Shown piece by piece: positions 49,635 to 58,602 of a DNA stretch of 64,000 nucleotides. Under the pieces are notes generated by a model. It ran no database searches. It worked only from the letters and a program-made list of their open reading frames with translations, and was not told where the DNA came from. The translations under genes were made by a program, and so were the position numbers. Positions within the stretch are counted from its first letter, which is position 1. Each line of letters begins with the position of its first letter. The DNA lies in contig OZ242320.1 of assembly GCA_965208125.1 (NCBI GenBank), positions 1,312,001-1,376,000 on the forward strand, given 5' to 3'. Source of the stretch: Candidatus Latescibacterota bacterium. GTDB lineage: Bacteria; Latescibacterota; UBA2968.

Positions 49635-51452
49635 GTGATGAAAACTCGAACATTACTCACTATTCCCATTGTCGGACTGCTCGTGCTGGCTGGCGTCTTT
49701 TCCAATACGCCTCCCGCCCTGGCGGAATGTGAACTCCCTCCCGGCGTGACGCCTCCTCCGGACCCGAGTGTGACGGCGCAACAGGTGGAAGACGGCAGTG
49801 CCAGCCTGATGGACTTCGCGCTGGCCGTGAGAGAACTAAATCTGGAGATTGGCCAATCAGAAGCGAGTGTGGAGAAGGTGTTGTACCTTGGATGTCTCGT
49901 CAGGCAAGAGGGAGGGCCTTACCGTTCCGGTTCCACCTACCTCGTGCAACTAACGCCCGACGGCAGGGTATTCGTTCACGCAAAGGACATGTCATTGTCG
50001 GGCAGGCTGCTCAACCCCTTGATTTATGCAGAGATCCTTGCTGCGCTGGGAGTATCCTTAACTGATCTGGCCGACCTGGCTTCTCCCGATCCTGCTACTG
50101 CCGCCCAGGCTTTCGCCGCCGTCATGAACACATTGATGCAAGCACCGGATGCCCCATTCGATGCGACCACCCCTATTCCAGGCTTTCGACCTGGCATACC
50201 GGGCGCCTCCGGCCATGCCGCCGTATATTTGTCGGCCAATTTCGGGCTCCCGATCGTGATGCTCGCCGGATTCGATCTCAACTTATCTCATGTAGCTGAA
50301 GAAGACATCGATTACGGCGACCCCACCATTACTGCCAGGGACGTGGTAGATCGAGAAACCCTGAAGGCCTTCGTCACGCAAGCGGGGGAGTTCATTCTCG
50401 CACACCAGAAGAGCGGCGATATAGCCGCTTCCTCGAAAGTCAGGATCGCCTTGCGGGATGAGAACGGACCCTGGCGACACGATTCTGTGTACCTCTACGT
50501 CCTGGATCTTACCAGCAACATCATCTTATTTCACGGCGCGTTTCCGGATAGATACGAACTGCGGCCTCTGGTGGCGACTATCCGGGACGTCGTTACCGGA
50601 GAGCTCATTCTGCCTCAGGTCATCGAAGCCGCAAAAAATAACCCGGAAGGCGGCTTCGTGGAATATTACTTCGACGATCCCGCTGACGACACTGACAGCG
50701 CCGACATCCCCAAGGTGGGATACGCCCGCGAGTTCAAAGGTGAATTCGAGACAGGCGGACGCGTAATCCCAATAGACCTCATCGTCGGATCGGGTTTCTA
50801 TGGGCGCGCACCCGTTGTCCCGGACGGTTCCTATACGGAAGTAGAAGCCACAGTCATAGGCGACGCCGTCGGGGGGTTGACCGTCGAATTTTCTCGATCC
50901 ATCGCAGGCCAACAGCCCGACTACGCCTATAGCGCTGTCACAGATGCTGCTGGCTATTTATCCCTCACCATCTCCAGCGCAGACGGGGTCAGTGGTTACT
51001 ATATAGCCCGTGCCCGCAACGCCGATGGCGAGATCGTTGGCCAGTGGCACAGCATTCCTCTCAATCGCAATCAACGCCAGGTCCTGGAACTGACCCTGGG
51101 CGGCGGTATGAAGGTCGTACGCGTCGAACCACTAACCGCGTCCAAGCCCGTGGCAGTATCCGAGACAGTACCAGAAGTTAGTGGACTGGCACCCAACTTT
51201 CCCAACCCATTCAACAGCGCCACTCTGATAACCTACCACCTGTCCAGTCCCGGTCCAGTGCAGCTGGTAATCTACAATGTGCTGGGTCAGCCGGTACGCA
51301 CGCTGGTGGATCGTTCCCAGGCCGCAGGCTCCTACCAGATTCGGTGGGATGTCCTCGACCAGCGGGGCGTCTCGTTGTCAACGGGGATCTATATCGCACG
51401 CCTGAGCTATCCCGGCGGAGTGCAGACGCAACGGCTGCTCTACCTCAAGTAG
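49635..51452 (+). CDS. Secreted double-Cache-like protein with C-terminal FlgD-Ig/T9SS type A-like domain, paralog 1
   Basis: Signal peptide ending ALA; two repeats resembling single Cache domains (YLYVLD ... FHGA ... GGFVEYYF ... KVGYA ... GSGFY); PNFPNPFN ... IYNVLGQPVRTLV ... GIYIARL tail. Confidence 0.78.
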   Translation: MMKTRTLLTIPIVGLLVLAGVFSNTPPALAECELPPGVTPPPDPSVTAQQVEDGSASLMDFALAVRELNLEIGQSEASVEKVLYLGCLVRQEGGPYRSGSTYLVQLTPDGRVFVHAKDMSLSGRLLNPLIYAEILAALGVSLTDLADLASPDPATAAQAFAAVMNTLMQAPDAPFDATTPIPGFRPGIPGASGHAAVYLSANFGLPIVMLAGFDLNLSHVAEEDIDYGDPTITARDVVDRETLKAFVTQAGEFILAHQKSGDIAASSKVRIALRDENGPWRHDSVYLYVLDLTSNIILFHGAFPDRYELRPLVATIRDVVTGELILPQVIEAAKNNPEGGFVEYYFDDPADDTDSADIPKVGYAREFKGEFETGGRVIPIDLIVGSGFYGRAPVVPDGSYTEVEATVIGDAVGGLTVEFSRSIAGQQPDYAYSAVTDAAGYLSLTISSADGVSGYYIARARNADGEIVGQWHSIPLNRNQRQVLELTLGGGMKVVRVEPLTASKPVAVSETVPEVSGLAPNFPNPFNSATLITYHLSSPGPVQLVIYNVLGQPVRTLVDRSQAAGSYQIRWDVLDQRGVSLSTGIYIARLSYPGGVQTQRLLYLK

Positions 51453-51516
51453 CGCGTCGAACGGTTGGGTAAGACGCGTTTATCTGTCCATTCTACTCAA
51501 TTTTCTCATAACTAAG

Positions 51517-51552
51517 AAAAATGCCCCTGAAAATCCAAGGGCATTTTTTTTT
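51517..51552 (+). terminator. Intrinsic terminator after paralog 1
   Basis: AAAAATGCCC ... GGGCATTTTTTTT. Confidence 0.7.
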
Positions 51553-51608
51553 GAGAAATCTGAAACAGCTATTCATAGTTCTAACCTGTATTTTGTACGA
51601 CAAGAGCC

Positions 51609-51676
51609 GGGACGGCACAGGGGCCGTCCCCTACGGTAATATTGAGGTTTGTAGAGGCGACCCCCTGTGGTCGCCC
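51609..51676. repeat. GTAG-type REP doublet, duplicated with the array unit
   Basis: Near-identical to 49310-49377. Confidence 0.8.
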
Positions 51677-51686
51677 GTGCTTGTCC

Positions 51687-51926
51687 TCACAATAGCTTTA
51701 CCAGAGCAGCGACCACGCCAATAGCGACCACCATCATGGAACCCAGACGCAGGGTCAAGTCGTGCTTCAGACGCAACTCCAATTCTTTCAAATCCTGCTT
51801 CGTCGCCAATTTTTCGTCAATCAGTGCCGCCTGTGAACGCGCCAGCACCTCCGCCTGTTCTTCCGGCATACCCGCCTGGGTCAGTTCTTTTACGAAGGCG
51901 TGGGTATCGAAAATAATTGCTGCCAT
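51687..51926 (-). CDS. DUF1640/CCDC90-like small coiled-coil membrane protein
   Basis: FDTHAFVKEL ... AGMPEEQAE, LATKQDL motifs and a C-terminal TM helix; RBS GGAG. Confidence 0.82.
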   Translation of the reverse strand: MAAIIFDTHAFVKELTQAGMPEEQAEVLARSQAALIDEKLATKQDLKELELRLKHDLTLRLGSMMVVAIGVVAALVKLL

Positions 51927-52281
51927 CTAATTTTCTCCGGCGACGGGATAAACAGGTTTCAATTCGTCCAATATTGTTTCACGCACTCCCATTTTGCTCT
52001 TTTCATAAATATATGAAAAATCCTTTTCTGACACAATGTAAAGTCAGGAGATCTCTGCCCAACTTCAATACCAAATTGCCATCATCACATGCTTAAACAT
52101 GGCCTGCCTGTGCCCCTCAATTTATGCATAGAAAATTCATTTGCTGACCAGGGTATTTTTCCTTATTCTTCCTGCGTTTCGATTACAAACGTTTCTTATT
52201 GCTCCATAGTTTTAAAAAGAGCTTCTCAGAAAGAGGACACAGCTATAGGGGCTTATTTTTCCAAGAGGGAGGACTATCCTG

Positions 52282-54066
52282 ATGAAAACTCGAACATTAT
52301 TCACATACAAAATTCCCGTTGTCGGACTGATCGTGCTGGCTGGCGTCTTTTCCAATGCGCCCCCCGCCCTGGCAGAATGTGAACTCCCTCCCGGCGTGAC
52401 GCCTCCTGCGGAACCGAGTGTGACGGCACAACAGGTGGAAGACGGCAGTGCTACCCTGAGGGACTTCGCGCTGGCCCTGAAAAATCATCCGGAGCTTAGC
52501 CAAATATCGGCGAGTTTGCATAGGCTGTTGCACCTGGGATGTCTCTTCAGGCAGGAGGGGGGGCCGTACCGTTCCGGTTCCACCTACATCGTGCAACTGA
52601 CGCCCGACGGCAGGCTATCCGCTCACGCAAAGAACATGTCCTTGTCGGGCCGGCTACTCAACCCCTTAATATATGGCGCGATCCTTCAAGCATTGGGAAT
52701 CAACCCAGCCGACCTCACCGACCGTGCTGCGGCCCTGGCCGCTTTCGCTGCCGCGGTAGCCGGGGATGGCGGCCCGTTCAATGTGCCCGATATCCCAGGG
52801 GCTTCCGGCTATGCCACCGCAATTATATCGCCCAGTTTCCAGACCCCGATCGTGCTGCTCGCGGGATTCGATCTCAACGAATCTCACGTAGTTGAAGAAG
52901 TCATCGATTACGGCGACCCGACCATTACCGCCAGGGACGTGGTAGATCGCGAAACCCTGAAGGCCTTCGTCACGCAAGCGGGGGAGCGGTTTATCGAAAT
53001 CCAGAAGACCGGCGATCCAGCCGCTTTCTATAAAGCCAGGAACGCCATGCGGGATCCGAATGGGCCCTGGAGACATGGTTCCGTGTACCTCTACATCCTG
53101 GATCTTACCAGCAACATCATCACGTTTCACGGTGCGTTTCCGGACAGATTCGAGCTCCGGCCTCTGATAGCCACTGTCCGAGACGTCGTTACTGGAGAGC
53201 TCATACTACCACAGGTCATCGAAGCGGCAAAAAGTAACCCGGAAGGCGGCTTCGTGGAGTATTACTTTGACGATCCCTCCGACGACACCGACAGCGCCGA
53301 CATCCCCAAGGTGGGATACGCACGCGAGTTCAAAGGTGAACTCATTTTAGGTGAACGCGTAGTCCCACTCCACTTCATCATTGGGTCGGGTTTTTATGGG
53401 CGTGATGATGTTGGCTCGACTGATCCCCGTACAGAAGTAGAAGCTACAGTCTCAGGCGACGCCGTCGAGGGATTAAACGTCGCGTTTGCTCGATCCATCG
53501 CCGGCCAACCAGCCGACTACGCCTATAACGCCGTCACAAATGCCAATGGCTCTTTGTCCCTCACCATCTCCAGCGCGGACGGGGTCAGTGGTTACTATCA
53601 GGCCCGCGCCCGCAACACCGATGGCGAAACCGTTGGCCAGTGGCACAGCATTCCCCTCAATCGCAATCAACGCCAGGTCCTGGAACTGACCCTGGGCGGC
53701 GGCATGAAGGTCGTACGCGTCGAACCACTAACCGCAGCCAAGCCAGTGGTCGCAACCGAGCCCGTGTTATCAGCCGAGACAGTGCCGGAAGTTAGTGGTC
53801 TGGCACCCAACTTTCCCAACCCATTCAACAGCGCCACCCTGATTACCTACCACCTGTCCAGTCCCGGTCCGGTGCAACTGGTAATCTACAATGTGCTGGG
53901 GCAGCCAGTACGCACGTTGGTGGATCAATCCCAGGCCGCAGGCTCCTATCAGGTTCGGTGGGATGTCCTCGATCAGCGGGGCGTCTCGCTATCGACGGGG
54001 GTCTATATCGCACGCCTGAGCTATCCCGGTGGGGTACAGACGCAACGGCTGCTCTACCTCAAGTAG
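52282..54066 (+). CDS. Secreted double-Cache-like protein with C-terminal FlgD-Ig/T9SS type A-like domain, paralog 2
   Basis: Same architecture as paralog 1. Confidence 0.78.
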   Translation: MKTRTLFTYKIPVVGLIVLAGVFSNAPPALAECELPPGVTPPAEPSVTAQQVEDGSATLRDFALALKNHPELSQISASLHRLLHLGCLFRQEGGPYRSGSTYIVQLTPDGRLSAHAKNMSLSGRLLNPLIYGAILQALGINPADLTDRAAALAAFAAAVAGDGGPFNVPDIPGASGYATAIISPSFQTPIVLLAGFDLNESHVVEEVIDYGDPTITARDVVDRETLKAFVTQAGERFIEIQKTGDPAAFYKARNAMRDPNGPWRHGSVYLYILDLTSNIITFHGAFPDRFELRPLIATVRDVVTGELILPQVIEAAKSNPEGGFVEYYFDDPSDDTDSADIPKVGYAREFKGELILGERVVPLHFIIGSGFYGRDDVGSTDPRTEVEATVSGDAVEGLNVAFARSIAGQPADYAYNAVTNANGSLSLTISSADGVSGYYQARARNTDGETVGQWHSIPLNRNQRQVLELTLGGGMKVVRVEPLTAAKPVVATEPVLSAETVPEVSGLAPNFPNPFNSATLITYHLSSPGPVQLVIYNVLGQPVRTLVDQSQAAGSYQVRWDVLDQRGVSLSTGVYIARLSYPGGVQTQRLLYLK

Positions 54067-54078
54067 CACCGAGCTAAG

Positions 54079-54112
54079 AAAAATGCCCCTGAAAATCCAG
54101 GGGCATTTTTTT
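54079..54112 (+). terminator. Intrinsic terminator after paralog 2
   Basis: AAAAATGCCCCTG ... CAGGGGCATTTTTTT. Confidence 0.72.
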
Positions 54113-54364
54113 ATGAGAACCTGAAACAGCTATTCATAGTTCTGACCTGTATTTTGTACGACAGGAGCCGGGACGGCACAGGGGCCGTCCCCAGCCCCTC
54201 AATTTATGGATAGAAAACTTATTGGCTTACCAGGGTATTTTTTATTATTCTTTGCCGCACTTCGGTTACAAACGTTTCTTATTGCTCCATAGTTTTAAAA
54301 AGAGCTTCTCAGAAAGAGTACACAACTATAGGGGCTTATTTTTCCAAGAGGGAGGACCATCGCG

Positions 54365-56212
54365 ATGAAAACCCGAACATCACTCACATACATGATTCCT
54401 GTTGTCGGACTGCTCGTGTTGGCCGGCGTCTTTTCCAATGCGCCTCCCGCCCTGGCAGATTGTCCACTCCCCGCTGGCGTGACGCCGCCTGAGGATCCGC
54501 GCGTTACTGCCCAGCAGGTGGAAGACGGCAGCGCTACCCTGAGGGACTTCGCGCTGGCCGTGAGAGATCGATATAAGACCCCGATAAGCACTCTGGAAGG
54601 AGCACTATACTTTCAATGTCTCGTCAGGCAGGAGGGGAGTTCTTATCGTTCCGGTTCCACCTACCTCGTGCAACTGACGCCCGACGGCAGGGTGTACGAA
54701 CACGCGAAGTCCATGGCATTGTCGGGCAGACTACTCAACCCCTTGATTTATGCAGAGATCCTTTCTGCGCTGGGCGTCTCCCCAACCGTTCTGGCCGACC
54801 TATCTTCTCCCGATCCTGCTATCGCCGCCCAGGCTGGCGCCGCCGTCTTTAACACATTATCTCAAGAACCGGATGCCGCATTCGATGCGACCACCCCTAT
54901 TCCAGGCCTGCGACCTGGCATACCAGGTGCCTCCGGCCATGCCGCCGTATTTTTGTTGGGCGATTCAGGGCTCCCGATCCTGCTGCTCACCGGGTTCGAT
55001 CTCAGTGAGTCTCACTTGGTTCCCATTAGCGATGAAGCAATCGATTACGGCGACCCGGCCGTTACTGCCAGGGACGTAGTAGATCGCGAAACCTTGAAGG
55101 CCTTCGTCACGGAAGCAGGTGAGTACTTTATCGCAATCCAGGAGAATGCCACCAGTCCATCCGATATCGCGAAACTCAGGATCGCCGCGCGCGATCCGAA
55201 CGGGCCCTGGAGACACGGTCCCGTGTATCTCTACGTCCTGGATCTTACCAGCAACATCATCCTGTTTCACGGCGCGTTTCCGGACAGATTCGAGTGGCTA
55301 CCTCTGGTGGCGACCGTCCGAGACGAGGTTACCGGATGGCTCATTCTGCCTCAGGTCATCGAGGCGGCGAAGAGTAGTCCGGAAGGCGGCTTCGTGGAAT
55401 ATTACTTCGACGATCCCAACGACGACACAGACAGCGCCGACATCCCCAAGGTGGGATACGCACGCGAGTTCACTACTACAGTCGGGAGGCCTGACGGAAC
55501 CGCATTCACACTAAACCTCGTCATTGGGTCGGGTTATTATGGGCGTGCGCCCGATGGTGTCTCGACTGACCCCCGCACAGAAGTGGAAGTCACAGTTATG
55601 GGCGACGCCATCGAGGGATTGACCGTCGAATTTGCTCGATCCATCGCTGGCCAACAGCCCGACTACGCCTATAACGCTGTCACCGATGCCAATGGCTCTT
55701 TGTCCCTCACCATCTCCAGCGCGAATGGGGTAAGCGGTTACTATACAGCCCGCGCCCGCAACGCCGCTGGCGAAATCGTCGGCCAATGGCACAGCATTCC
55801 CCTCAATCACAATCAACGCCAGGTCCTGGAACTGACCCTGGGCGGCGGCATGAAGGTCGTACGCGTCGAACCACTGGCCGCAGCCAAGCCAGTGGTCGCA
55901 ACCGAGCCCGTGTTATCAGCCGAGACAGTGCCAGAAGTTAGTGGACTGGCGCCCAACTTTCCCAACCCATTCAACAGCGCCACCCTGATAACCTACCACC
56001 TGTCCAGTCCCGGTCCGGTGCAACTGGTAATCTACAATGTGCTGGGTCAGCCGGTACGCACATTGGTGGATCAATCCCAGGCCGCAGGCTCCTATCAGGT
56101 TCGGTGGGATGTCCTCGATCAGCGGGGCGTCTCGCTATCGACGGGGGTCTATATCGCACGCCTGAGCTATCCTAACGGAGTGCAGACCCAACGGCTACTC
56201 TACCTCAAGTAG
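54365..56212 (+). CDS. Secreted double-Cache-like protein with C-terminal FlgD-Ig/T9SS type A-like domain, paralog 3
   Basis: Same architecture as paralog 1. Confidence 0.78.
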   Translation: MKTRTSLTYMIPVVGLLVLAGVFSNAPPALADCPLPAGVTPPEDPRVTAQQVEDGSATLRDFALAVRDRYKTPISTLEGALYFQCLVRQEGSSYRSGSTYLVQLTPDGRVYEHAKSMALSGRLLNPLIYAEILSALGVSPTVLADLSSPDPAIAAQAGAAVFNTLSQEPDAAFDATTPIPGLRPGIPGASGHAAVFLLGDSGLPILLLTGFDLSESHLVPISDEAIDYGDPAVTARDVVDRETLKAFVTEAGEYFIAIQENATSPSDIAKLRIAARDPNGPWRHGPVYLYVLDLTSNIILFHGAFPDRFEWLPLVATVRDEVTGWLILPQVIEAAKSSPEGGFVEYYFDDPNDDTDSADIPKVGYAREFTTTVGRPDGTAFTLNLVIGSGYYGRAPDGVSTDPRTEVEVTVMGDAIEGLTVEFARSIAGQQPDYAYNAVTDANGSLSLTISSANGVSGYYTARARNAAGEIVGQWHSIPLNHNQRQVLELTLGGGMKVVRVEPLAAAKPVVATEPVLSAETVPEVSGLAPNFPNPFNSATLITYHLSSPGPVQLVIYNVLGQPVRTLVDQSQAAGSYQVRWDVLDQRGVSLSTGVYIARLSYPNGVQTQRLLYLK

Positions 56213-56241
56213 CACCAATTTCTTTGAGAAGGAGAACCATC

Positions 56242-58059
56242 GTGTTGAAAACTCGAACATTACTCACTATTCCCGTTGTTGGACTGCTCGTGCTGGCTGG
56301 CGTCTTTTCCAATGCGCCCCCCGCCCTGGCAGAATGTGAACTCCCTCCCGGCGTGACGCCTCCTCCGGATCCGCGTGTGACGGCGCAACAGGTGGAAGAT
56401 GGCAGCGGTAGCCTGAAGGACTTCGCGCTGGCCGCGAGGGAACGATTTGGTATTGAGACCCAGACAATTGCGACTCTGGAACAAGTGTTATACTCTGCAT
56501 GTCTCCTCAGACAAGAGGGGAGTCCCTGGCGTTCCGGTTCCACTTACCTCGTGTCACTGCTGCCCGACGGCAGGGTGTTGATTCACGCGAAATCCATGGC
56601 ATTGTCGGGCAGACTGCTCAACCCCTTGATTTATGCAGAGATCCTTTCTGCGCTGGGCGTCGAACTAACTGATCTGATCAACCTATCTTCTCCCGATCCT
56701 GCTATCGCCGCCCAGGCTGGCGCCGCCGTCTTTAACACATTGTCGCAAGAACCGGATGCCGCATTCGATGCGACCAGCCCTATTCCAGGCCTGCGACCTG
56801 GCATACCAGGTGCCTCCGGCTATGCCGCCGTATATGTGTCGGTCAATTTTGGGTCCCCGATTGTGCTGCTCGCCGGGTTCGATCTCAATGAAACTCACCT
56901 GGTCGAAGAAGACATCGATTACGGCGACCCGACCACTACTGCCAGGGACGTAGTAGATCGCGAAACCCTGAAGGCCTTTGTCACGGAAGCGGGGGAGTAC
57001 TTTCTCGCATTTCAGGAGGCTGGCGATTTCGCCGGCTCGTGGAAAGCCAGGACCGCCTTGCGGGATCCAAGCGGACCCTGGAGACACGGTTCCGTGTACC
57101 TCTACATCCTGGATCTTACCAGCAACATCATCTTATTTCACGGCGCGTTTCCCAACAGATACGAGCTGCGGCCTCTGGTTGCGACTGTCCGGGACGTCGT
57201 TACTGGAGAGCTCATTCTGCCTCAAGTCATCGAGGCGGCAAAAAATAACCCGGAAGGCGGCTTCGTGGAATATTACTTCGACGATCCCACTGACGACACA
57301 GACAGCGCCGACATCCCCAAGGTGGGATACGCACGCGAGTTCACAAGTGAAATCCGGGTAGGCGGACGCGTACTCCCGTTCAACTACATCGTCGGGTCGG
57401 GTTTTTATGGGCGCGATGATGTTGTCTCGACCGATCCTCGTACAGAAGTAGAAGCCACGGTCCTGGGCAACGCCGTTGAGGGATTGACCGTCGCGTTTGC
57501 GCGATCCATCGCAGGCCAACAGCCCGACTACGCCTATAACGCTGTCACAGATGCCAATGGCTCTTTGTCCCTCACCATCTCCAACCCAGATGGGGTGAGC
57601 GGTTACTATCAGGCACGCGCCCACAACGCCGATGGCGAAACCGTTGGCCAGTGGCACAGCATTCCCCTCAATCGCAATCAACGCCAGGTCCTGGAACTGA
57701 CCCTGGGCGGCGGTATGAAGGTCGTACGCGTCGAACCACTAACCGCGTCCAAGCCCGTGGCAGTATCCGAGACAGTGCCAGAAGTTAGTGGACTGGCGCC
57801 CAACTTTCCCAACCCATTCAACAGCGCCACCCTGATAACCTACCACCTGTCCAGCCCCGGTCCAGTGCAATTGGTGATCTACAATGTGCTGGGGCAGCCA
57901 GTACGCACGTTGGTGGATCAATCCCAGGCCGCAGGCTCCTATCAGATTCGGTGGGATGTCCTCGATCAGCGGGGCGTCTCGCTATCGACGGGGGTCTATA
58001 TCGCACGCCTGAGCTATCCCGGCGGAGTGCAGACCCAACGGCTGCTCTACCTCAAGTAG
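56242..58059 (+). CDS. Secreted double-Cache-like protein with C-terminal FlgD-Ig/T9SS type A-like domain, paralog 4
   Basis: Same architecture; RBS AAGGAG then a GTG/TTG start 29 bp after paralog 3. Confidence 0.78.
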   Translation: MLKTRTLLTIPVVGLLVLAGVFSNAPPALAECELPPGVTPPPDPRVTAQQVEDGSGSLKDFALAARERFGIETQTIATLEQVLYSACLLRQEGSPWRSGSTYLVSLLPDGRVLIHAKSMALSGRLLNPLIYAEILSALGVELTDLINLSSPDPAIAAQAGAAVFNTLSQEPDAAFDATSPIPGLRPGIPGASGYAAVYVSVNFGSPIVLLAGFDLNETHLVEEDIDYGDPTTTARDVVDRETLKAFVTEAGEYFLAFQEAGDFAGSWKARTALRDPSGPWRHGSVYLYILDLTSNIILFHGAFPNRYELRPLVATVRDVVTGELILPQVIEAAKNNPEGGFVEYYFDDPTDDTDSADIPKVGYAREFTSEIRVGGRVLPFNYIVGSGFYGRDDVVSTDPRTEVEATVLGNAVEGLTVAFARSIAGQQPDYAYNAVTDANGSLSLTISNPDGVSGYYQARAHNADGETVGQWHSIPLNRNQRQVLELTLGGGMKVVRVEPLTASKPVAVSETVPEVSGLAPNFPNPFNSATLITYHLSSPGPVQLVIYNVLGQPVRTLVDQSQAAGSYQIRWDVLDQRGVSLSTGVYIARLSYPGGVQTQRLLYLK

Positions 58060-58068
58060 CACCGAACG

Positions 58069-58101
58069 AAGAAAGCCCCTGAAAATTCAGGGGCTTTCTT
58101 T
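58069..58101 (+). terminator. Intrinsic terminator after paralog 4
   Basis: AAGAAAGCCCCTGAA-aa-TTCAGGGGCTTTCTTT. Confidence 0.75.
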
Positions 58102-58326
58102 GTGAGAAATCTAAAACAGCTATGCTACACCTCGTCTTTTGTGAGCCTATTCAAATATTTATACGTATAACCCGTTATTTTTAATAAAAATAAAAAAATC
58201 CTTAAAGAAATATCCCAGACCGAGTTTTATACCAATTAGACGGTATATCGTCCAATATTTCGACCAATGGATGAAATATAATCCTCAGACTATATTTTGT
58301 CACCATTTATAATCCGTTTAACCATG

Positions 58327-58360
58327 AAAAAAGGGGTTATGCAATAAAAGCATAACCCCT
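58327..58360 (-). terminator. Terminator downstream of tRNA-Pro
   Basis: AGGGGTTATGC ... GCATAACCCCT stem preceded by an A tract on the plus strand. Confidence 0.7.
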
Positions 58361-58369
58361 GTCTTATTA

Positions 58370-58446
58370 TGGTCGGAGCGACTGGATTTGAACCAGCGAC
58401 CCCCATCACCCCAAGATGGTGCGCTACCGAGCTGCGCTACGCTCCG
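58370..58446 (-). tRNA. tRNA-Pro(GGG)
   Basis: Reverse complement CGGAGCGTAGCGCAGCTCGGTAGCGCACCATCTTGGGGTGATGGGGGTCGCTGGTTCAAATCCAGTCGCTCCGACCA: cloverleaf, anticodon GGG, TTC T-loop, encoded CCA. Confidence 0.97.
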
Positions 58447-58510
58447 ACAACTCGTTCGAGAATGAATTTACCCATTTTGTTAGAGACCGTCAATATTAAA
58501 GGCATTCAGC

Positions 58511-58578
58511 GGGCGACCACAGGGGGTCGCCCCTACAAACCACAAGATCATCGTAGGGGACGGCCCCTGTGCCGTCCC
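58511..58578. repeat. GTAG-type REP doublet
   Basis: Near-identical to 25914-25981, including the spacer. Confidence 0.85.
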
Positions 58579-58602
58579 GGCAGTCAGCCTAATCGCCCAC
58601 CT

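Larger units (their letters stand above)
49273..58123. repeat. Tandem amplification array of four ~1.9-2.6 kb units
   Basis: The sequence starting TTCATAGTT-TGACCTGTATTTTGTACGAC at 49273 recurs at 51572 and 54133; the downstream terminator plus GAGAA--CT-AAACAGCTAT recurs after copies 1, 2 and 4. Confidence 0.85.

Noticed and set aside
49635-58059. Diversity-generating retroelement as the source of paralog variation
   Set aside because: No reverse transcriptase or non-coding template repeat in the window; differences include indels and all four bases, and the C-termini are the most conserved part.
49273-58446. Integrative island inserted at tRNA-Pro
   Set aside because: No integrase and no duplicate of the tRNA 3' end seen; the junctions are explained by local tandem duplication.
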